Assembly: GCA_013239625.1 (NCBI GenBank) | Contig: MU054338.1 | Span: 3,557,371 to 3,621,370 of the forward strand | Source: Lama guanicoe | Lineage: Eukaryota | DNA: 64,000 nucleotides | Direction of reading: 5' to 3' | In this document: piece by piece, positions 12,651 through 23,711 of the stretch | Position numbering within the stretch: position 1 is the stretch's first letter | How the letters are laid out: each line of letters opens with the position of its first letter | Notes under the pieces: generated by a model | The model's database searches: none | Seen by the model: the letters and a program-made list of their open reading frames with translations, nothing else | What the model was told of the DNA's origin: nothing | Program-made: the position numbers and the translations under genes

Positions 12651-14713
12651 GATGTAAAATCCAAGGGGGTTTTATCCCAGGGACCGTAGCAAGCCAGTGA
12701 GGGTTCTGAAGTCAGAGGATGAAAGAGAACTTGGGCAAATAGTCTACTGGCTCATGACAGTCTCTCCCTGAGCCTCAGTTTCCCCCATCAGTAAAATGAT
12801 GACCAAACCAGATGATCTATATGATCCATTGTAACAAAATGAGGCCACACCCCTGGATATGAGACTCCATCCTTCCCGGACGTCAGGCGTCCAGCTCCAG
12901 CACCTCCAGAATGTGCCTGGGACTGGGTCCCACTGCTCGGGAGAGTGACTCAGTGGGACGGAGCAGGACTCTGGAAGACTGTGGCTCCTTTCTGCCGGGA
13001 TGGCAAAATCAGGTCATTTTTCAATTCCAGTCATTCTCATTCATACATAAAATGTGCCAAGAGCCACTTTCCCGAAAATCTAAATTGAAAGTAAATAGCA
13101 CGGGGACAATTCTTGGTGATAAAACCACCAATTCTGGAGCTTCTCGGGATAATATTTATTCTCCCTTTTCACTAATGGTTCCAGCCGCCTCCCCAGGTTA
13201 TTAAAGTAATGGCTTTGCTTAACCTGACTGCGGCCGCAACCCACCCCGGGCTGATGGGACCCCACGTGGAGCACCCCCCGCCACCCCCTCCACCGGACAA
13301 TTATATTCACCGCTGCTGGTTTGCAATTACTATAAATCAGAAAGCGCGACGGCCTGGATTTGTTCTTCCTTATTGAAAATGTTGAAACTTTGTGCATTGC
13401 AAATCTCACCACCCCAGACTGGGTTTAACTCTTTCTTTGAGACTTGAAGGGTTATGCAAGCAGCTCTCAAGGGACTTTCTGGGGGTAATACGAGGATCAT
13501 CCCCATTTTCCGGATGAGAAAAACAGAGGTTCAGAGAAGGGTGCCACTTGTCCAGGGTCACACAGCTGGTGGGTCACTGCACTAAAAGGACACTGAGGTT
13601 TTTGTTTGAGCACCCAATGGAGTTACACTCCTTGAGGTGAAACAATAACACAAGTAAGTCTTTGGGAAACACGGAGATGGTCTATCACCTCAGGGTAACA
13701 ACCAGCAAAGTCGGGAGGGTGTGTCCTTCCAGAGTGATTTTCTGTGCATAAATAGTCACTTGTGCACCAAATGTTTATTGAGCTCTTACTACGTGCTGGG
13801 CACTGTTTCGGGTGCTGGGAATACAACAAAAAACAAAAGAGGCCTCCATGAAGATTGGTCCAGGCAGAGGGAAGAGCCTGTGCAAAGGCCCTGGGGCTGG
13901 ACCATGCCTGGACTGCTGGAGGAACTGTGAGGCTGGAGCTGGCAGGCGCAGGGGTGTGGGGATGAGAGATGAGGGCAAGGAGGTCAGTAGGGGGCAGGTA
14001 GGGTAGATTCGGGGGGGGGGAAGGACAGAACTGAAGGTAATTCTTAAAGGTGGAAGGCTTGAGATGTAGGGTGAGAGGATGACTTCAAAATCCTGGCTGA
14101 GCAGCTGTAAAGATGGGCTGCCCTCAGCCAAGATGGGAGTCCTGGGAGGAGGAAGTTTGGGAGATGGTGGGTACAGGGTGGTGGAGTTAAGTAAGACCCC
14201 CATGAGCCTCCTGTCTGGGACTTTGAGGGTCAGCTGGACCTGGAAACTGGAGCTTAGAGGAAGCCTGGGCTGGAGACAGGGCTGTGGGTGTCATCAGGGT
14301 ATAGATGGAGTTCCAGCCTGCAGGAGTGGATGAGGCCCTCAGGGGAGGGAGTGTGGGTGGGGGAAGGGGGGACCTAGGAGGAGCCAGGAGAGGTGGAAGG
14401 GAAGTGGAATGAGTTAGGGGGTGGGCAGAGAAGTTCCCAGGAGAAGGAGGGTCCAGCAGGGTCAGACTCTGCCTAGCAGGGAGAGGAGGATGGGGCAGGC
14501 CATCACTGACCCTGAGAAGAGCGATGTCAGGGCTGGAGGACAAGGAAGCTGTGAGAAGCTGATTAGGGAAGGTTCTGGAGTGAGAGACAGAAGTGCAGGC
14601 AGCGAGTGTAGACAACTCTCCCAAGGGGTTTTGCAGTAGAAAGAGGCAAAGACACAGGCAGCAGCCAGAAGGGCATGTGGGAGTAGGACTTTTTCCCATA
14701 AGATGAGAAGATG

Positions 14714-14840
14714 CTGGGAGGGGAGGGCGCAGCTCAGTGGTAGAGCGTGCGCTTAGCATGCACGAGGTCCTGGGTTCAATCCCCAGTAACTCTGTCAAAA
14801 TAAACGAACAAATAAATCTAATTACTCCCCCCATCTAAAA
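14714..14840 (+). mobile_element. tRNA-Ala(AGC)-derived SINE (Vic-1 type)
   Basis: agctcagtggtagagcgtgcgcttagcatgcacgaggtcctgggttcaatcccc plus A-rich tail; TSD aagatgagaa(g/a)atg at 14700-14713 and 14841-14854. Confidence 0.9.
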
Positions 14841-15190
14841 AAGATGAGAAAATGTGATGGGGGAGAAAGGGGCCATTTGCTCCTCAAGCGAGCATCCTTG
14901 CCGCCCCACATGGGGTCCCTCCTACCTCAGTTGTCTAGTCTGCAAAATGGGCACCAGAACAGAATCTCCCTCTGGGGCTGCTGGTCCCAGGAGAGGCTCA
15001 GGCTGGCGGCCAGTCTCTGTTCCCTGGGCTGCATCTGGGAGCCGGCTGTCCCCCACACACACACTGTCACCCCCGACCCGGACTCCCACCCCTGAGGAAG
15101 GAAGACCATCTCGAGGAAAAACTCCGTGCGAGATCCCCCCTGAGAAAGGGCCCCACAAGTCAAAGTGCTTTTTCAAAAATAAATAGCCTG

Positions 15191-15221
15191 ATTAGCATAA
15201 AGTATGCAAATGTATGCTAAT
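15191..15221. promoter_or_regulatory. Cluster of three POU/octamer motifs
   Basis: ATTAGCAT 15191-15198, ATGCAAAT 15204-15211, ATGCTAAT 15214-15221. Confidence 0.65.
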
Positions 15222-15259
15222 GTGACAACTATTAAAAGATTCCAAATGTCATCGAGGGA

Positions 15260-15845
15260 AAACACACCGGTCCGGGGCTGGGAGGCTGGGGGATGGGAGG
15301 AGAGGACGCCGCAGCCCGGACCCCTGAGAAAGGTCGGGGCGCTCGGCCCCAGGGCCGCCGGGGTCGCGGCACGCTCTGCGTTTTCCCGGGGTGGCCCTCG
15401 TCCTGTCCTGGTTAGACCCGCAGAGCTTTCTGTGAATCCTCTCACAGCCTGTCCCCCACAGACGCTGCCAAGCGCTCGGAAAACTCTGGCGCGCCGACGA
15501 CTCCCATTCCGCAAGGGAAGTTCAGGCTTCCTCTTCTCCGGGAGAGGGAAACTGCAGATGCAAAGAAGCCCAGACTCTTCCCGGAGAAAACGCTAAAAAC
15601 TGTCTCCTCCACAACGGGAGACGCCCAGATCTCCAAGGACGCGGACAGGAGACTTTTGCCGCCCACCACAAATCTGCGCGTAGCTCGCCTCACTTCAGGA
15701 GACGATTTCCGACCCCAGCGTGTGTTCTGAGTCAGGAGGACAAACCAAGAGCAGGGGAGGGGAGGGGCCTAGTCCCAGGGTCGCGCAGCTGCGCCGTCGC
15801 AGCTCCAAAACTACTTAGCGCATTTTCAGACGAGGAAACCGAGCA
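15260..15845. promoter_or_regulatory. Orphan CpG island
   Basis: Dense CpG (cgccg, cgcgg, gcgcgccg, tcgcgcagctgcgc) in non-repeat sequence with no adjacent coding exon. Confidence 0.7.
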
Positions 15846-18439
15846 CCAGACAGGGGAAGCGACTTGTTCCAGGTCACACAGCAACTGTAAGCCTGCGTGA
15901 GCCTCAGAGCCCCAAGTCGCAGTCCCTTTAACACCACCTCTGCTGTATTTCCTGAATATTTTCCTTCAAATGGATTCACGTCTTAAAATCTTACATCTAT
16001 TTAAAAGGAAATTGTTTATCATGACTGTAAATGAAAAGCCAGCATCACTGGCCATAAATAGAAACCAACTCAATGAAAACAAAATCATATTATTAATTTC
16101 AGCCTGGAGACAGTTGGCTCCGAAGCTGTGAGCTGGGGACCTGCTCTCCCCCTTGTCCAAGAGGGAGATCCCCATGGGAGAGAGGTGTTAAAGACGGGTT
16201 AGCACCCAAGTAAGACTCTCCAAAAAGATGTGAAAGGAAGAGCGCTCTCACTCGGAGATTCGGCGGTATTTATAGTGGTTTTAGGTGTTGCCTGAAACCA
16301 TCTCATGGCCACAAGACTGGTGTCCACCTACCTGAGAGGCAGGAAGGCTGTCCCAATACTCTAGAACTTTAGAATTATGGCCAGGGATCCGTTTGGTGAT
16401 TCATACTATCAGCGTCCAGTCATATCAGGGTAGCCCAAAGATGGAGAAGGAATGGTCTTACTTATAAATTGAGCCACCCAGCCATCAATTCATCTATCCA
16501 TCCACCTAACCTCTCATCCATCCACCCATTCATCCATCATCTACCCACCCATCCATTCACCCCATTATCTCACCAGCCATCCATTCACCCATTCAGTAAA
16601 TATATATCCAGTACTTACCAAATGCCAGGCACTGTTCCAGGACATGGGGACACGGTTGTGACCAAGACATATCTGGTCCCCACCCTCTTGGAGCTTCTCA
16701 ATTGCAAGGGTATTTTCCATCTCTTGAGCAACATTATGAAGTGGAGAAGAGAATTTTCCATTTCTTCAGTGGTAAGGGCCATTCTGGTGGACATTTGTGC
16801 CTTTTTCCTTCCTGCATTCTTCCCCCCACCCCTTCAGGAGGCAGCAGTACCCTGCTTGCTGCTTCCTGGGTGAAGGGTGGGGCAGGCTTTATCAATATAT
16901 TAGAGACTGTTAGAGCTTTTACCAAACCCATGTCCTTTTTCCTCTGGGCACACAGCAAGACTGTACTTCCCAGCACTCTTTGCAGTCGGGATGATCATGT
17001 GACTGAATTTAGCCAGTGGAATGTGAGTGGAAATGATGTTCCCCTCACTTCAGGTCCTGGCCGTGCTCTTTTCACATTGATGATGGAGAGGTCACAAGAC
17101 AGAAGGCATTGGTCCCTGAGTCAACAGATGGAGAAAAGCTGCCTGCTAATCAGCAACACCTGTTTGCACTTTACATGCGTAACAAATTTCTGTTGTAAGC
17201 CGCTGAGATTTGCCAGTTTATTACAGGTGTGTTCTCTTGACCAATCTGTATCTTTCCCACTTTCCAAACCTGTGGTTTAATTGGCCCCACCCCCAGCTCT
17301 GGATGGGGCTTGGGTGACTTCAGCCAATCACTGAATCCTATTCCTACTGGTCTCTCCTGATTGGGTCAGTCATGGTCACCTGGTCAAAGGATGCAGCTGA
17401 AGAGATTTGATGGGTTTCCAAGGACCACCACATTGGGAGTGCTGAAGCTGCAGGGCCCAGTGCACTGAGCCAGAGGACTGGGCTTCTAACATTTGCTCCT
17501 GGGAGAGAAAAAAAGAACATTTATCATTTTTTTTCATTTTTAATGCTATGAATTTTTCCTGGATGGTCCAATTTTGGAAACTTGTTAACCACCTTGATGA
17601 TACCCTGGCCTCCATCTCCAAACAGATTTGGCCCCAGAGCTCTAGCCAGTTCCTCTGGGATGCCTCCTTTTGGATGTCCACCAGGTAGAATCCACCCAAC
17701 CCCCAGTGCATTGCTTTATCCTCTTCACCAGTTCCTCTTTCTGTGCTCCGTCTCAACAGTGGCCCCAGTATTTTTCTGAAAAGCTGAAAACAAGACTCAA
17801 CATCTCCCTTTCCTATCCCCACCCCCAGTTCTACACTTGCCAAGTCTTATTGATTTCACTATCATTGTCTCCAGCCCACTCCCTCTCTCATCCCCACCTA
17901 CCTTGTTCAGACAAACCTCAGCTCCTGCAACAGCTCCTTGATGGCCTCTCAGCAACCACACAGCAGCCAGAAAGATTGATCACAAGTGTAAGTCTGACCC
18001 TGCCCCTCTCCTCCTCTATAGCTCTCCATGACTCCCCAGTGCCATCCAGGAAAAGAAAATCTAAATTATTTTTCAAAATTCCTCCTAGCCTAGCTACTCC
18101 AGTCTTCCTGCCTCACCCTTACTCCTCCTCACTCATCTAACACCTACTCATCTTTAGATGTCAGCCCTCCAGAAAGCTTCCTCAGACCCTCTGCCCAACA
18201 CTGAGAGTCTCCCCTGAGTTGCCCTGGATGTCTCAGCTTCCCCCACACAGGGCTGACCACTGAAGGGTGTAACTGTCTGCTTATGTGTCCTTGAGTTCCA
18301 GGACGACAAGGACTGAATCTGCCTTGTCCACCAGTCCCCAGCCCCTGACACAGCCCCTGGAATTCCGGAGGGGCTTAATAAATCTTTTGGAATGACCAAA
18401 TGGAGGGAGGAGATAGAGATGCTGTGAATGCCATTATTT

Positions 18440-18890
18440 GAAGCAGACGCTGTGTGTGCCCCTCCACATGCCCTCAGCACCCTCGTTTTGGTGCCAGCCA
18501 ACAGCATCCGTCTGCAGTCACCTGCCTCCCCCAGCTGAAGTTTTCTCAACCTGAGTGAGGAGCGGGTGGGAAATGCCAGGAAGTGGATGCTTCTAGATGC
18601 AGCCCTCAGCCTACAATGGACAGGAGCTGACACATGAATACCCCCAGCTCCTTGTCCCTCCAGATGGGCAATTCGGGTGCATGCTCTCTGGGTCCTCAGT
18701 GGGTCTCCAGAGGACTGAGCCCTGGTCGCCCTAGGCAGTCAGCCGCTCATGAGCAGTGGCCCATTCCCTTCCCTTCCCTCCATCATGTCCCCACGCTCCT
18801 CCTGGGGCTTCCTGGGATCACCTCCCACGTAAGCCGCTTGCCCTCAAATCCTCCTTTCAGAGGCTGCCTCCAGGGAGCCCAGCCTGAGAC
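18440..18890 (+). mobile_element. LTR16-like ERVL LTR
   Basis: gcagacgctgtgtgtgccc...gggatcacctccc...ggctgcctccagggagcccagcctgagaca. Confidence 0.6.
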
Positions 18891-19939
18891 AGCGCAATGA
18901 GAATTTCTCAACTCTCCAACCCAGTTGCCAACTCTTCCAGGAGAACTTTGATGTGCTTTGAGAAAAAACAACAACAACAACAAAAAACCATTGCCTCTTG
19001 CTCCCTGTCAGCTGTGGACTTTGCTGTCTCCTCACACAGACTGCGACATTTGCAGTTGTGTATTAATTGCTTTTTTTTTTTTTTAGGAACCACACGCACT
19101 CCTGCAGTGTGCATGTGTGCATGCGCGTGCCCGCATGTACGTGTTTAATGACTTTCTCCTTTTGAGATGGGGCCAGATAGCTTTTTGAAGAAAGTCTTCC
19201 TGGATCCTGGAACATACAGAAAATTCTCTCAGCTTAATAGCACTCCCACCCGCCCGCCCATCCATCACAGACGCACCGCAGAATGAAAAACAAGCACATT
19301 GATTGGATCTATTTCTAATCGACAGCCTAAGATTCTGTTTGAAATCTGCCATTAGACAGAAGAAGTTGGAAGTGGCTGCATCTTGTTTCTCAAGGGCGTG
19401 GGGACTGTGCGAGAAGAGAGAGAATCACAGCAGTGGTCAGCAAGCATTTATTGAGCACCTACTGTGTGCTACATCCCTGGCTGGGTGCTAGGGACAAAGC
19501 AGTAACCAAGACAGATCCAGCCCTACATTCCCTGTTGGAGATGGACAGGTCATCCATGACCCATAACCAGGACCATGACAGGGGATGCTCAGGCAGGTCT
19601 GGCAGCCCAGAGTGAGTGCCTGATCCAGCCTGGCAGATCAGGGAGGGCTTCCCAGAATCAGAAAAACCTGAGAGCTGAAGGCTGAGGAGGAGTTAGATGT
19701 TGAACCAGAACACAAAATGAGGAAGTGCAATCTCAGGAGAGGGAACAGCATGTGCAAAGGCCCAGGGGCAAGAGACAGTAATTTGATGTGGTTGGAGGAT
19801 GAGAAAGTAGTGAGACAGGAGTGAGAAGCTGGCAGCACCTTGAGGACCACAGGAAGGTATTTCAACTTTCCTGTGAACAATAGCGAGACATGGAACAACT
19901 TAGAACAGGGAATGATTTGTTCAAAATCATTTTAGCATA

Positions 19940-20530
19940 GAACTCTCACATGACTGAGCAATTCTGCTTTTAGATCTATCCCCAAAAGAACTGAAAGCAG
20001 GGACTCGGGTAGCTTCTTGCTACCGAACACCCATGTTCACAGCACCATGACTCACAACCAAAAGGTGGAAGCAACCCACGTGTCCTTTGGCAGATGGATG
20101 TGTGAACAAAATGGGGTCCATCCATAAATGAGACATTACTCGGACTGAAAAAAAGAATGACGTACTGTTACGTGGTACAACGTGGATGAATCTTGAAAAC
20201 AGTATGCTCAGTTAAATAAGCCTTTTTCTGCAAAAGGACAAATATCATATGACTCCATTTGTGTAAGGTCCTAGAACAGCCAAATTCATAGGGACAGAAA
20301 GTAGATTAGAGGTTACCGGGGGCTGAGGGAGGAGGATTGGAGAGTTGTTGTTTAATGGGTATAGAGTTTCTGTTTGGGGTGATGAAAGATTTTTGAAAAT
20401 AATAAACCAAATGTCTGTGATGGTCACACAACATTGTGAATGTATTTAATGTCACTGAATGGAACACTTAAAATGTTGAAAATGGTCAATTTTATGTTAT
20501 GACTATTTTACCACAATTTTTAAAAAGTTA
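19940..20530 (+). mobile_element. L1MB-type 3' end
   Basis: cccaaaagaactgaaagcaggg, aaaaggtggaagcaaccc, gaaagtagattagaggttacc, gatggtcacacaacattgtgaatg. Confidence 0.85.
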
Positions 20531-23386
20531 CAATATAAAAGGGAAAAGAAAAAAATCATCTGGGCTGTTGTGGGAGATTGAGGATGAAGGAATGAGTCCG
20601 GACAAGCCGTGATGAGGGTCCAGGCCAGCGTGGAGGTAGCAGAGAAGGAGAGAAGTGGGTGGTGGGGTCGTGTGTTTTGGAGGCTGGACTAACCGGAAGC
20701 TCAGGGGAGGGGAGGTGTCAGCTTCCTGCGGGCCCCACCTCCAAGGGCGGTCTCCCAGGCAGCCGGGCTCAATACACCCATCCTCCAGAGGCCTAGGCAC
20801 CCTACCCCCACCTCACCAGCTAGTCCCACAGCCTCACACTGCCAAGACCTCACCCTTTGCGGCCCAGCCCAGGGAGACACCACCCCTCTCCAAACAAGGA
20901 GTCCCAGATGGGAATTAAGGCCACCTCCCGGGTGCAAAGATCAAAGCAACACTGGGTAGCCACACTCCATCCCGGCAGCGATCTTTCCACCCGCCTTCGC
21001 TTACAAGGTGCAGATGTAATACCTGCTTTTAAATTCAATTAAGTCGGATTCAGTTCTGCTCCTGGAATACATTACCCAGCCGGAGACAGCAGGGGGGAGA
21101 AAAAGACAGGAAAAACACACACACACAAAACACAACACAGACCTATTTAGAGATTTCCCTCTAAATGGATTTTAATTCTCTCGATTTATCAGCGGCCAGA
21201 GGAGTTGCTGACAGCCCGCGTTCGCTCGGCATCTATGAACCCAGTTTCAGCCACAAGAAGGGGCGAGGAGAGGCTGAGCTCCTGTCCTGACTTTTGCTTC
21301 CAGTGGCGCCGGGCTGGAATCTGTGGTCACTCAGACCCGGGTTCAGATCCTAGCCTTGCCACTAGCTGTCACGTGACCTTGAGCCAAGACTGGCAACTTC
21401 TCTGTGCCTCGGTGGACTCATCTGTAAAATGGGCACGTGGTTGTGCTTGTCTTGATTATCAGAGAGGTTTCAAGTCAAGCAAGAACCCTGGATACAGACA
21501 GGATCACACAGGACTAGATTCATTTCTGAAGCCCTGCCTTTCCCTCTATCAAAACATATCCTGCCTGGGTCCCATTTCATCAGGAAGCTGACAGATCCAT
21601 GATGCCATTGCACCCATGTAAGACAGCAGTATAACCTGCTCTTGCTCCTGGGAAGCCACATTTGGTCCCTGGCTTCTCAGATGGGAAGAAAGCTCTTTCT
21701 GCCACCCCCCACAATACGGCCCACACGACTGGAACAGGGGCCAGGACCTAGCTCAACCCTCAACCTCCCATTTAACAGATGGGGAAACTGAGGCTCAGGA
21801 AAGAGAAGGGGCCACCCTGAGGCCTCAGGACTGAGAGTCCCCAGGAGGCCTGAGTCCTAACCCAACTGGGTCCTGACTCACTCACTGACCTTTGAGAAGC
21901 ATCCATGCAGGGCCTCAGTTTTGCCCCCTGTCCAAGAGGAGGAAGAAGTGAAGCCCCTCTGGGTCCCTCATGGTCTGCTGTGCTTAAAGGATCATCTATA
22001 GGTTCAGCCCAAGGGTGCTGCGAACTCCAGGAGGGCCTTTGTCTTCATAAGAGCCTGGTCGGCAGTCATGGGGGAATCTTTGGACCAGAATCCAAAGAGT
22101 GTTTGGACAAAGTGTGTCCTGGCTAAATAGGGACCTTCCTCTTGGGTCCTGACCTGTAATGTCCCTTGAGGGCCTCAGCACACCATACTTGGTTTTTTTG
22201 GAAAGGCTGCTTCATCCACAGAAGGTCTCCTGGGATCCCAGACACACAGCCCTCACCTGGCCCTGCCCTGGATGGGCAGCTGAGGAAGTCAGGGGAAGTA
22301 AACGGAAGAAAAAGACAAAATGTGTTACCCTTGTGGGGGCCTGACCAGGAGGGGTCACAAAAGGGGCTACTAAGGACTAGAATATTCTGTCTTGAGCTTG
22401 TGGTGGCTACATGGGTCTATATCCATATAATGATGCCTCATGCCACACACGTAAGGCTTGTGCACTGTGAAAGGTACGCTGGACACGGATGTAAAGGAGG
22501 GAGAAGGACTCTGCCAAAGACAGAGACCGAGACAGAGTGAGAGACACAGAGAGACAGGTGAAGACAGAAAGCGATGGAGACAGAAATTGAGACGGAGGTA
22601 GAATAACAGAGCGAGTCAGACAGAGGAGAGAGATGGGGAGAGACAGACGCGAAGAGAAGAAGAGAGGCGGAATGAGAGGAGGGAGAAAAAATAAGAGAAA
22701 GTCAAAGCAGAGGGGGAACAAAGGAGGAAGAAACAGGCAAATGGCCCCAAATGGGGAGGGAGGCCGGGAAGCCAGGAGCCGTCACCCGTGAACATGTTTT
22801 TAATTGTAATTACACGGGAACGTTTAGTTTGTAGATGCAGCAGAAATGGAAATGCTGCGCCTTGCCCATTAATCTAATAGCTGTTAGTCAATCACTCTTC
22901 AAAAGGGGCCCTGGCTGTGGCTGCGTGGTGGGTGGCCTGCGGGGAGCAGATCCGAGGAGATGATTTTAAACTAATGATGCCCTTAGAGAGAGCCTGAGGG
23001 CCAGTTCTTGGGAGAAGAAGACTTCTGCCAAGGTCTTGATGGCTGAATTTCAGAGCCCTGCAGGCAGCTACCAGCCCAGAGTCAGGGGCTGGCTGGCGAG
23101 CAGGAATTTTAATCTGCAAGGCTGGTCAGGGGAGACATAATGTACCCAAAAAGGATCAAGTGGTTCTTTAACTCACCCTAGGGGGCAAGGTGCCAAACTG
23201 TGCTTAGATGTGTAAAGTGAAGCCAGCAAGCAACAAAAGGAAGGAAAAAGGTCCTTCCAAGTAGTGAGAACACCTTGTGCAAAGGTTAAGAACGAAACAT
23301 GCAGGGAACACTGAGTGTGGCTGGGAGGGGTGAGCTGGAGACGTGGGCAGAGACCAGACCACACCAGGTCTTATAAAACATACTCA

Positions 23387-23600
23387 GGGAGAGGGAGGGG
23401 GAGGGGCAAAGTAGGGGTAGGGGATCAATCCGTCCAAACTGTTATATATAAAATAAGCTACAAGGAAATAGTGTACAACACAGGGAATGTAGCTAATATT
23501 TTATAATAACTTAAATGGAGTATAACCTTTAAAATTGTGCATCACTATTGCACACCTGTAGCTTTACTTCAACTTTACATCAACTTTACTTCAGTAATAA
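23387..23600 (+). mobile_element. L1 3'UTR fragment
   Basis: G-rich tract then aagctacaagg...tacaacacagggaat...taaatggagtataaccttta. Confidence 0.7.
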
Positions 23601-23711
23601 TAATTTTTAAAAATACCAAGGAGATTTTGTGGTTCTGAGGGTAATGGGGAGACAGTGAGGATTTATAGCAGATGCACACAAGTTCATATTTATATTTTAA
23701 AAAGATAGTCT

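Noticed and set aside
14721..14795. Possible tRNA-Ala(AGC) gene
   Set aside because: Acceptor and anticodon stems are mismatched, it has an A-rich tail and TSDs, and sister copies exist at 3290 and 59147: a SINE, not a tRNA
14187..14834. 215-aa minus-strand ORF
   Set aside because: Composed of antisense SINE plus L2 sequence; low-complexity P/S/L product
16702..17280. 192-aa ORF
   Set aside because: Non-ATG start, runs through L2/MLT1 remnants, no protein-like features
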